Of a stretch of 64,000 bases of DNA, positions 38,570-46,868 are shown piece after piece. The DNA is from an uncultured Bacilli bacterium (GTDB lineage Bacteria > Bacillota_I > Bacilli_A > RF39 > UBA660), in the NCBI GenBank assembly GCA_947624505.1, contig CANQKO010000004.1, forward strand, positions 4,666 to 68,665. Reading direction: 5' to 3'. The first letter of the stretch is position 1; each line of letters starts with the position of its first letter. A program made the translations under genes and the position numbers. The notes under the pieces were generated by a model, which saw nothing but the letters and a program-made list of their open reading frames with translations, made no database searches and was not told the DNA's origin.

Positions 38570-39697
38570 ATGAAAAAGAAAATATTAGTGATGTATGCAA
38601 GATATGGTTCAGGACATAAAGCAATTGCGGAATATGTGGCATCATACATAGCTACTCATAATGATTATGAAGTAAAAATAATTGATATAACTGATTATGG
38701 TAATAAACTTGCTAAATTCACCATCAAGTTAATGGATTTTGTTTTAAATCATCATCAAGAATTTTTGTTCAATGTTGGTTATGAACTTGTTGATAATCGC
38801 ATATCATCATTTGGCAATAACAAACTAGTAAAAGGTTTGTACGATAATAAACTATTAAGAGAAGAAATAATAAACTTTAAACCGGATATTACTATTTCTA
38901 GTCATTTTTATTGTAGTAATTTAATAACTTATTATAATAAATTAGGCTTAATTAAAAGTAAATTATTAACGATTATTACTGATTATCGGGCTCACGAATT
39001 TTGGATTAGAAATAAAAATAGTGAAGATGGTTATATAGTTGGTAATAAAATAGTTAAAGAAGAATTAATAAAAAGAGGAGTCGATCATAAGAAAATATAT
39101 CCTTATGGTTTGCCTTTAAATATTACTAAAATAAATAATTTAGATAAAGAAGAGGTTATATATAAAAGATATAATATTAAAAATAATCAAAAAGTTTATT
39201 TATTTTTTGGTGGTTCATCGGGGGGAAGTATGTATTATTTTAACTATTTTAAAACAATTTGCAAATTAGAATTAAATAAAGATATCATTTTTATAAGTGG
39301 AAAAAATACTAAATTAAAAAATGCTTGTGAAAAATATGTTAAGAAAAATAATATTAAGAATATTAAAGTATTAGGATATTCAACTGATGTTTTAAATTTA
39401 ATGAAAATAAGTGATTTAGTAATTAGTAAACCTGGTGGGGCTACGGTAACCGAATGTTTAGAAATGAAAGTGCCAATGCTTTTAGTACCAGGAATTGGGG
39501 GTCAAGAAAAATATAATGCAAGATTTGTGGCCAGAAAAAAATATGGCATTAAAGTAAGAGGAACTTTTTCTTTTAAAAGAAATTTAAAAAGATTAGAAAA
39601 TAATCCTTCTTTAATAAGAAAGATGGAAGAAAGATTAAATACACTAGATAATAATGATTCGATTGTTAAAATAAATAATTTAATTAAGAAGATGTAG
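38570..39697 (+). CDS. GT28 MGDG-synthase-family diacylglycerol glycosyltransferase (UgtP-like)
   Basis: KILVMYARYGSGHKAIAEY N-terminus and SKPGGATVTECLEMKVPML...GQEKYNA C-terminal motif. Confidence 0.75.
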   Translation: MKKKILVMYARYGSGHKAIAEYVASYIATHNDYEVKIIDITDYGNKLAKFTIKLMDFVLNHHQEFLFNVGYELVDNRISSFGNNKLVKGLYDNKLLREEIINFKPDITISSHFYCSNLITYYNKLGLIKSKLLTIITDYRAHEFWIRNKNSEDGYIVGNKIVKEELIKRGVDHKKIYPYGLPLNITKINNLDKEEVIYKRYNIKNNQKVYLFFGGSSGGSMYYFNYFKTICKLELNKDIIFISGKNTKLKNACEKYVKKNNIKNIKVLGYSTDVLNLMKISDLVISKPGGATVTECLEMKVPMLLVPGIGGQEKYNARFVARKKYGIKVRGTFSFKRNLKRLENNPSLIRKMEERLNTLDNNDSIVKINNLIKKM

Positions 39698-39706
39698 GTG
39701 GTATTA

Positions 39707-41668
39707 ATGAGTAAAATAAACGAAAAAATAATTAATAATATCAAAATGCTTAGTTTAGATATGATTTATAAAGCGAGAAGTGGTGATGCTGGAATTGTTT
39801 TTTCAGCTGTTAATGTCTTTTATAGTTTATTTATGGATCATTTAATATTTGATCCTAATGATATTTCTTTTATTAATAAAGATCGTTTATTAGTATCAAA
39901 TAGATTATTACCTCTTTTTTATAGTTGTAATTATTTATTTTATAAAGATATGCCTTTAGATGATTTAAAAGATTATAAAACATTTAAATCCAATATCACT
40001 GGTAATAATAGAATGAGCAAACTTAATCCAATTAGTAGTTTAATTAATAGTGATATTGTCTCATCATCAGTAGGAGTATCTTTAGGAAGAGAATATTTAA
40101 ATGGTTTACTAACTATTGAAGATAGTAAAAATAAATTAGTTAATTTTAAAACTTATTGTATTATTACTTTAGATGAGCTAATGAGTGGCATCGCTTATGA
40201 AGCAATGAGTTTTGCTAGTATTCAAAATTTAAATAATTTAATCTTTATAGTTATCAAAGATGAAGTAGGGAAAGATAGTAGTAATAAAGAAACATTTAAT
40301 GAAGATTTAATCGATCGTTTCATTGCTCTAAATTATAATGTAGAAGAAATAAATGATAATTTAAATTCGATTGATGGAGCATTAATTGATGCTAAAAACA
40401 GTAAAAAGCCATCAATCATTATTGTTAAAAGTATTTATGGTAAATCATCTAAAATTGAAAATAGCAATAAATTATATAATAAACCTTTAAGTGAAGAAGA
40501 GATGACCGAATTAAGAAGTAAATATGGTTTAGCTAATCCTTTTGATGTGTCTTTAGAAGTAATAAAAGAAATAAGAAAAAATATTAGTAAAAGATTAAGT
40601 AAATATTTAATTAATTATCAAACACTTAAACAAGAAGGAATGAAAGATTTAAAAATAAAAGAAATAATAGATTTTTTAACGAATAAAAAAGTAAATGTGG
40701 AAATTAATCCCGCTAATATTAAAATTAATGAAAGCTATGAAGAAGAATTAGTAAAAAGTAATAGTAAAATTTTAAATCTAATTGCTAATAAAAGTCCATT
40801 TATAATTTGTGCCAGTGATGATAATTTCTTATATACTTTAGCAAGTATTAAAAAATCTGGAATTATGTCTAAAGAAAATCGAACCGGAAGAAATATCTTA
40901 TTTGGTAATCGTGTATTAGCTATGGGAGGGGTGTGTTATGGTCTTGCTAGTCTCGGCTTTAAAGTTTTTGTTAGTACTCCTTTAATTAATGAAAGCTTTT
41001 TAAAAAATACGCTGCGTTTATCAACTCTTACTAATGTTGATCTTAACTTTATTTTTACTCAAGATAGTTTTACTAATTCCTATTTAGATAATGAGTTTTT
41101 TGCAAGTAGCGAAATAAATGATTTAAGAAGTATTCATAATTTAGTGTTATATAGGCCTTGTGATATTAAAGAAATAATTGGGGTTTATAGTACTATATGT
41201 AAACTTAATAAACCATCTGCTTTAGTTATCGGTAGTGAAGTAGTAAATGTTTTAAAAGGAACACATGAAAAATATGTTTTAGCAGGAGCTTACCGAGTAA
41301 AAAAAGAAAGCGATGATTTGGTGGATGCAATAATTGTCGCAACTGGTAGTGAAGTATCTCTCGCCACAAATATTATTGAAGAATTAAAACAATATGATTT
41401 AAATATTCGTCTTGTTTCTTTAGTTTCCTCAACTTTATTTGAATTACAAAGTGAAAAATATCAAAATATGTTACTTCCTAAAGACATTAAAACTTTTACT
41501 TTAGAATTTGGTAATCCAACTTATTTAGAAAAATACGCTACTAGTAAAGATTATGCTTTGGGAGTTAATGAATTTTTTGTTGGGGGTACTAAAGAAGAAA
41601 AATTAAATTATTATCATCTTAATAAAGATGCCATTAAAGCTAAAATAATTGATTTATTAAAAAAATAA
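39707..41668 (+). CDS. transketolase homolog with degenerate cofactor and catalytic motifs (probable pseudoenzyme)
   Basis: Colinear with Bacillus Tkt over its full length, but the motifs are replaced: SGHPG to SGDAG, SAGHGS to SNRLLP, GDGDLMEG to TLDELMSG, YDSNDISLDG to IKDEVGKDS, GVREFAMG to GNRVLAMG, THDSIAVGEDGPTHEP to TQDSFTNSYLDNEFFAS. Confidence 0.8.
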   Translation: MSKINEKIINNIKMLSLDMIYKARSGDAGIVFSAVNVFYSLFMDHLIFDPNDISFINKDRLLVSNRLLPLFYSCNYLFYKDMPLDDLKDYKTFKSNITGNNRMSKLNPISSLINSDIVSSSVGVSLGREYLNGLLTIEDSKNKLVNFKTYCIITLDELMSGIAYEAMSFASIQNLNNLIFIVIKDEVGKDSSNKETFNEDLIDRFIALNYNVEEINDNLNSIDGALIDAKNSKKPSIIIVKSIYGKSSKIENSNKLYNKPLSEEEMTELRSKYGLANPFDVSLEVIKEIRKNISKRLSKYLINYQTLKQEGMKDLKIKEIIDFLTNKKVNVEINPANIKINESYEEELVKSNSKILNLIANKSPFIICASDDNFLYTLASIKKSGIMSKENRTGRNILFGNRVLAMGGVCYGLASLGFKVFVSTPLINESFLKNTLRLSTLTNVDLNFIFTQDSFTNSYLDNEFFASSEINDLRSIHNLVLYRPCDIKEIIGVYSTICKLNKPSALVIGSEVVNVLKGTHEKYVLAGAYRVKKESDDLVDAIIVATGSEVSLATNIIEELKQYDLNIRLVSLVSSTLFELQSEKYQNMLLPKDIKTFTLEFGNPTYLEKYATSKDYALGVNEFFVGGTKEEKLNYYHLNKDAIKAKIIDLLKK

Positions 41669-41733
41669 AATCTCCGACATAAACTGACATTTATTTTAAT
41701 GAATGTTTTATATAATATCTATAAGGTGATATT

Positions 41734-42150
41734 ATGCGTAGTTTTTATATTTTTAAAATCAAAAGAGAAATAAGTATTTTAACAAGAGAAATACCTTACA
41801 ATTTATATAAAACAATTGATAATTTATATTATTTAGATACTAACAATATTGATGTATCATTTCAAGTTTATAAAGATTTATTTGATACTTTTGATATTAA
41901 TTATATGAATAAAAGAATATATAATTTATTTAAAAGTAATAGATATTATACTTATGAAAATAATATTCATAAAATAGAAAATAAATATCGTCCCGAAAAG
42001 ACAATCTTAAAAGTTTACAAATCACATTTATATATTAAAAGTGATGCAATAAATCCAACTCTTTTAGTTAATTATTTAATGAGTGATAATCTTTTTGTTT
42101 GTGATTTTAAAAATAAAGATTATTTTTGGTTAAATGAATTTGTGAGGTAG
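41734..42150 (+). CDS. sirA: SirA-like sporulation inhibitor of replication (tentative)
   Basis: 138 aa directly after tkt, as in B. subtilis (tkt-sirA). N-terminus FYIFKIKRE and C-terminus FVCDFKNKDYFWLNE resemble SirA YYTYLIKEE and FLAMDFNSKRYGWLNP (recalled from memory). Confidence 0.5.
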   Translation: MRSFYIFKIKREISILTREIPYNLYKTIDNLYYLDTNNIDVSFQVYKDLFDTFDINYMNKRIYNLFKSNRYYTYENNIHKIENKYRPEKTILKVYKSHLYIKSDAINPTLLVNYLMSDNLFVCDFKNKDYFWLNEFVR

Positions 42151-42197
42151 CTATAGCACAAAATATTATTTTATGTTAGAATTAAGAAGTGGTAAAG

Positions 42198-42830
42198 ATG
42201 AAATTTAAATTAAATGATTATATAATTGAATATGATATAGTTAGAAAAGATAATAAAAATCTTTATTTTCGTTTTGATGAAAATTGTCATCTTATTATTA
42301 CGGCTCCAAAATTTATTACTGATTTAGAAGTAAAAAATTTAATAACGAAAAATTCTAAAGCTATTTTAAAAATGTATGAAGATGCAATAATGCGCAGTGA
42401 TCGAGATGGTTTATTTAAGTATTTAGGTAAAAAATATAAAGTTGTTTTTGATAACCGTGTTAAAGACGTTTGCTTTGAAGATGATACTATAACTTGCTTT
42501 AGTGAAGAAGAATTAGATAAGTTTTATCATAGTGAATGTGAAAGAGTATTTAATGAAGAGATTAACATATGTCGAAAATGTTTTAATAATTTACCAGAAT
42601 TTAAACTAAGGATTAGAAAGATGAAAACAAGATGGGGAGTATGTAATACAAAAGATAAGATAATTACTTTGAATAGTGATTTATTAAAAAAAGATATTGC
42701 TTTAATTGATTATGTAGTGGTTCACGAAATGGCTCATTTTTATGAGGGTAACCATAGTAAGAATTTTTGGAAAATAGTTGAAGCAGTCATTCCAGATTAT
42801 AAAGAAAGACGTAAAAAATTAAAATACTAA
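42198..42830 (+). CDS. YgjP-like (DUF45/M48 family) metallopeptidase
   Basis: C-terminal HEMAHFYEGNHSKNFWKIVE zinc motif in the typical DUF45 layout. GTG 42189 is an alternative start. Confidence 0.75.
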   Translation: MKFKLNDYIIEYDIVRKDNKNLYFRFDENCHLIITAPKFITDLEVKNLITKNSKAILKMYEDAIMRSDRDGLFKYLGKKYKVVFDNRVKDVCFEDDTITCFSEEELDKFYHSECERVFNEEINICRKCFNNLPEFKLRIRKMKTRWGVCNTKDKIITLNSDLLKKDIALIDYVVVHEMAHFYEGNHSKNFWKIVEAVIPDYKERRKKLKY

Positions 42831-42883
42831 CGTCTTTTTCTTTTCATTAGTTTATTTTTTTGCTATTATATTAATAGTAGGTT

Positions 42884-44185
42884 ATGGATATGTACGAAGA
42901 ATATTTAAAAGATGTTTTTGATAATGCTTATGTGGTGGCATTACCTTTAGTAGAAAAAATTAATACCGTTAGTGTATGTCCTCATTGTGGTGGAACTTAT
43001 ATAGATACCTATTGCAAGTATTGCGAGCAAGAAAATAAGGATTTAGAAGAAAGTGTCGTTGCTTTAAAAACACTTTTATCACGTATCCAAGAAATGCTTA
43101 CCAATATTCCGGTAACGAAAACTAAATATCATCAATTTTTAACTCTTTTAGCTAAACTTAAAAATGTTAATCTTCCCGAAGTAGAAGAATTATTTTCAAA
43201 ATTTAATTATAATGAAGTTTTAGAAAAAATCTATTTAGATATTAAAAATAAAGGAATGAATGATATACCTTTAAACAAATCAGAAATTGATGTTAGTGAG
43301 GCTCTCGTTTATCGTAATTTAGATCGTAAAAAACGTAATAATAAGCAAGTTTTAGATTTAGTTAGTTTATATTTAAGAAAAATAATTATTAATTCTATAA
43401 AAGATGAAAAAGAATTAATCATAAGTTATGAGGCTTTTCAAACTCTAATAAAAGAATTTACCGAGGTAGAAATTAGTTACTTTTATAAGCAAGGTAGATG
43501 TCAAATTTTTGAAGGACCTATTTTCGAAAGAGATAATAGTGTTGTTTTAGGCTTGGCTGATTATAACTCTGTTTCTTTATCTGATATTGATATTAAAGCC
43601 TTTTATTATGATGGTAATAATTCATTACTTGAAACGATTTTTCACGAAATAAATCACGTAAGACAACAAGCTATAACTTATAAACAAAAAGCAGTTTCAG
43701 AGCTTGACTTATTACAAATAAAAGACCGTGTAATAGGACGTTATTTAAAAAATTATATTAATGAAAATTATGCCAATCTTTCTTATGAAATTGAAGCTTA
43801 CTATTGTGGTTTAAGAGATCAAAGACTAGCTTTAAATAGTATTGGAATTAATTTTAATCAAGAAACCAATTTGCGAGTGGAGAGAGATTTAGAAGCTTTA
43901 GCTAAAAAAATGTTAAATAAAGAAAGAACTTTAAATGGTAAGAGTATCGATATGGATCAAGAATTTGCCAAAATACTATCTACGCGTCCCCAACTCTTAA
44001 ATGAATATCCTTGTTTAAAAAGATTATATAAGTTAGAAAATAATGGTGTTGTAAGAAAAAGTGATGAAGAATTAACAAATGAATTAAAAGATATTTTAGC
44101 AAGTGGTATAAGTGAAGAAGAAAAACAAAAATATGTGACAATGTATGGAATTTATGGTATAAATGTGCTTGACTTTAAAAGATAA
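42884..44185 (+). CDS. hypothetical protein with N-terminal zinc ribbon and HExxH motif
   Basis: CPHCGG...CKYCEQ ribbon and internal FHEINHVRQQ. No family recognised. Confidence 0.55.
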   Translation: MDMYEEYLKDVFDNAYVVALPLVEKINTVSVCPHCGGTYIDTYCKYCEQENKDLEESVVALKTLLSRIQEMLTNIPVTKTKYHQFLTLLAKLKNVNLPEVEELFSKFNYNEVLEKIYLDIKNKGMNDIPLNKSEIDVSEALVYRNLDRKKRNNKQVLDLVSLYLRKIIINSIKDEKELIISYEAFQTLIKEFTEVEISYFYKQGRCQIFEGPIFERDNSVVLGLADYNSVSLSDIDIKAFYYDGNNSLLETIFHEINHVRQQAITYKQKAVSELDLLQIKDRVIGRYLKNYINENYANLSYEIEAYYCGLRDQRLALNSIGINFNQETNLRVERDLEALAKKMLNKERTLNGKSIDMDQEFAKILSTRPQLLNEYPCLKRLYKLENNGVVRKSDEELTNELKDILASGISEEEKQKYVTMYGIYGINVLDFKR

Positions 44186-44197
44186 AAATAGTATATT
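44169..44197 (+). promoter_or_regulatory. promoter of the type III TA locus (TTGACT-17-TATATT)
   Basis: TTGACT at 44169-44174, 17-nt spacer, TATATT at 44192-44197. About 24 nt upstream of the first repeat and overlapping the 3' end of the preceding gene. Confidence 0.55.
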
Positions 44198-44220
44198 AAA
44201 AATACATAAGAAATTATGTA

Positions 44221-44333
44221 AAAAAAGCGGTGATTCCAGCCATTAAATGGGAAACGAAAAAAGCGGTGATTCCAGCCATAAATGGGAAACGAAAAAAGCG
44301 GTGATTCCAGCCATAAATGGGAAACGAAAAAAG
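44221..44333 (+). ncRNA. type III antitoxin RNA: 3.2 head-to-tail repeats of 35-36 nt
   Basis: AAAAAAGCGGTGATTCCAGCCAT(T)AAATGGGAAACG at 44221-44256 (36 nt, one extra T), 44257-44291 and 44292-44326 (35 nt, identical), plus a 7-nt partial fourth unit. Sits between a promoter and a terminator, directly upstream of a ToxN/AbiQ-like gene. Confidence 0.8.
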
Positions 44334-44335
44334 TT

Positions 44336-44368
44336 GATTAGAGACTAAACTCTAATCTTTTCTTTTTT
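44336..44368 (+). terminator. rho-independent terminator between antitoxin repeats and toxin gene
   Basis: GATTAGAG-actaaa-CTCTAATC hairpin followed by TTTTCTTTTTT. Confidence 0.75.
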
Positions 44369-44418
44369 ATAAAAGTATTATATAATAAATATAGGTTTTA
44401 TAGAGGGGGAAATAATAA

Positions 44419-44937
44419 ATGAAAAATAAATTTAAATTAGTAATTGTAGATTCCAATTATTGTGATTATTTAAGACAATTTGATTATAAAGTGGCTTATA
44501 ATAAAGACGAAAAGTCATTAAGGCCTTTTGTTGGAGTTTTATTTACATTAAATGATATTGAATATTTTGCACCGTTATCTAGTCCAAAATTAAAACATCA
44601 AAAGATGCATAATACTATTGATTTTATTAAACTTGATGGTGGTTTTTTAGGAGCTTTAAATATTAATAATATGATACCTGTAAAAAAAGATAATTATGAG
44701 ATCTTTGAATTTCAAGAAGATTCTACTAATCTTAAAGATAAACAATATTATAATTTATTAAGAAAACAGTTGTTATGGCTTAATTCTAGATATCGTTATA
44801 TAAAAAATAAATCTTTAAATTTATATAATAGTTATTTAAATGATAAATTACCAATAAAAGTAAAAGAAAGATGTTGTAATTTCATATTGCTTGAAAAGAA
44901 ATGTTTAGAATATGAAAAAAGTTTTATCAAAGGATAG
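44419..44937 (+). CDS. ToxN/AbiQ family type III toxin endoribonuclease
   Basis: 172 aa. YCDYLRQFDYKV...RPFVGVLF...YFAPLSSPKLKH...NINNMIPV matches the conserved ToxN/AbiQ blocks (Y.EYLK.FD.KV, AFIGI, YLAPLTSPK, N...MIP). GAGGGGG RBS. Confidence 0.8.
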   Translation: MKNKFKLVIVDSNYCDYLRQFDYKVAYNKDEKSLRPFVGVLFTLNDIEYFAPLSSPKLKHQKMHNTIDFIKLDGGFLGALNINNMIPVKKDNYEIFEFQEDSTNLKDKQYYNLLRKQLLWLNSRYRYIKNKSLNLYNSYLNDKLPIKVKERCCNFILLEKKCLEYEKSFIKG

Positions 44938-44993
44938 TTGCTAAAATATGAGGATTTTAGTAAAATATAGGTAGTTATAAGGCGTGTGGTAAT

Positions 44994-45713
44994 ATGTTTT
45001 TAACAAGTATTAATAATGATAAAGTTAAATTTTGGGAAAAATTACATAATAAGAGATTTCGCGATATAAATCAGCTATTTTTAATTGAAGATGAACATTT
45101 AATTAAAGAAGCTTTAAAATACAATATAGTTAAAGAAATAATTACAACTGATGAAACCAAAACATATGCTATACCAACATATTATGTTAATGATAAGATA
45201 ATGAAAAAAATATCAAATCAAGAAAGTGGCGCTACAGAAATTGCTGTAACAGAGTTTTTAAAAACAAGAGAAATTTTAGGTAATATATTAGTCTTAGATA
45301 ATTTACAAGATCCTGGTAATTTAGGAACGATTATTAGAAGTGCTGTTGCCTTTAACTTTGACTCAATTATTTTAAGTGATAATTCTGTTGATTTATATAA
45401 TCCTAAAGTTGTAAGGGCTAGTGAAGGGATGTTATTTCATATAAATATTGTAAGATGTAATATCATTGAGTTTTTAAAAAAAATAGATAAAGATTATAAA
45501 ATAATTGGTACTGATGTTTTAAAGGGTAAAAATATAAAAGATATTAAGTTTAATAAATGTGCTATATGTATCGGTAATGAAGGTAATGGCTTAAGTAAAG
45601 AAGTGAAAGAATTATGTAATGATTTTGCTTATATTAAAATGAATGATAAATGTGAAAGCTTAAATGCTGGTGTTTCAGCAAGTATTTTAATGTATGAGGT
45701 AGCCAATGAATAA
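44994..45713 (+). CDS. TrmH/SpoU family RNA 2'-O-methyltransferase
   Basis: LDNLQDPGNLGTIIRSA, IGNEGNGLS, LNAGVSASILMYE motifs. Confidence 0.85.
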   Translation: MFLTSINNDKVKFWEKLHNKRFRDINQLFLIEDEHLIKEALKYNIVKEIITTDETKTYAIPTYYVNDKIMKKISNQESGATEIAVTEFLKTREILGNILVLDNLQDPGNLGTIIRSAVAFNFDSIILSDNSVDLYNPKVVRASEGMLFHINIVRCNIIEFLKKIDKDYKIIGTDVLKGKNIKDIKFNKCAICIGNEGNGLSKEVKELCNDFAYIKMNDKCESLNAGVSASILMYEVANE

Positions 45714-46197
45714 TTATTTATTAGTGGGAAAAATTATTAATACTTTTGGTATTAAAGGAGAAGTTAAAGTATTATCAGATTTTGAATATAAAGAAAGAAT
45801 ATTTAAAAATGGTTTTAGTATTTATATTGGGGAAGATTATAATAAAGAAGTTATAAATACTTATCGTGTTCATAAAAATTATGATTTATTAACATTTATG
45901 GGTTACACTAACATTAATGAAATATTAAAATATAAAGGTTTAAATATCTATATTAATAAAGATGATTTAAAATTACAAGATAATGAATACTTACTTAGTG
46001 ATTTAATTGGCTTAGAAGTCTATGATAATGCCTCTTTAATTGGGGTAGTTATAGATTATGAATTAAATAATACGGTGTTATTAAAAATTAAAGGTGAAAA
46101 AAATTTTTATATTCCTTTAGTAGATGAATATATTAAAAAAGTTGATTTAAAGAATAGAAAAATAATAACGAATGGGGGAAGTAATTTAATATTATGA
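45706..46197 (+). CDS. rimM: 16S rRNA processing protein RimM
   Basis: VGKIINTFGIKGEVKV N-terminus, PRC barrel, position upstream of trmD. Confidence 0.88.
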   Translation: MNNYLLVGKIINTFGIKGEVKVLSDFEYKERIFKNGFSIYIGEDYNKEVINTYRVHKNYDLLTFMGYTNINEILKYKGLNIYINKDDLKLQDNEYLLSDLIGLEVYDNASLIGVVIDYELNNTVLLKIKGEKNFYIPLVDEYIKKVDLKNRKIITNGGSNLIL

Positions 46198-46868
46198 AAA
46201 TTGATATTTTAACTCTTTTTCCTAATATGTTTCAGGGGTTTTTAACTGAATCAATTATTAAAAGAGCAATTCAAAAAGATTTAGTAGAAATTAATATAAT
46301 TGATTTTCGTGACTATTCTTTGGATAAGCATAAAAAAGTTGATGATACTCCTTATGGGGGAGGAGCAGGAATGGTTTTAATGTGTGAACCCGTTGTTAGG
46401 GCAATTGAAGATTTATGGGGTGATGATTCCCTTGTGATTCTTACTTGTCCACAAGGAAAAACCTTTAATGAAGGCATTGCCACTAAATTAAAAGAATATC
46501 ACCATTTAATTATTGTCTGTGGTCATTATGAAGGTTATGATGAGCGTATTAGAAATTTTGTTGATATGGAAATAAGTATTGGAGATTATGTTTTAACTGG
46601 GGGTGAAATACCCGCAATGGCCATTACTGATTCAGTGGTAAGATTATTAGATGGGGTAATTAATACGGAATCATCAACTTTTGATTCTTACACTGATAAT
46701 TTGCTTGATTATCCAACTTATACTAAACCCGAGAATTTTAGAGGGTTAAAAGTTCCCGAAATTCTTCTTAGTGGTAATCACGAAAAAATTAAGGAATATC
46801 GTAAATTAGAACAAATAAAAAATACGCAAAAAAGAAGACCAGATCTTTTGGAGAAGAAAAATGATTAA
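46194..46868 (+). CDS. trmD: tRNA (guanine37-N1)-methyltransferase TrmD
   Basis: ILTLFPNMF, DDTPYGGGAGMVL, CGHYEGYDERI, LTGGEIPAM motifs. Confidence 0.95.
   Translation: MKIDILTLFPNMFQGFLTESIIKRAIQKDLVEINIIDFRDYSLDKHKKVDDTPYGGGAGMVLMCEPVVRAIEDLWGDDSLVILTCPQGKTFNEGIATKLKEYHHLIIVCGHYEGYDERIRNFVDMEISIGDYVLTGGEIPAMAITDSVVRLLDGVINTESSTFDSYTDNLLDYPTYTKPENFRGLKVPEILLSGNHEKIKEYRKLEQIKNTQKRRPDLLEKKND

Noticed and set aside
44221-44333. The 35-36-nt repeats could be mistaken for a small CRISPR array.
   Set aside because: The units are directly head to tail with no spacers, and no cas genes are nearby. The promoter-repeats-terminator-ToxN/AbiQ layout fits a type III antitoxin RNA instead.
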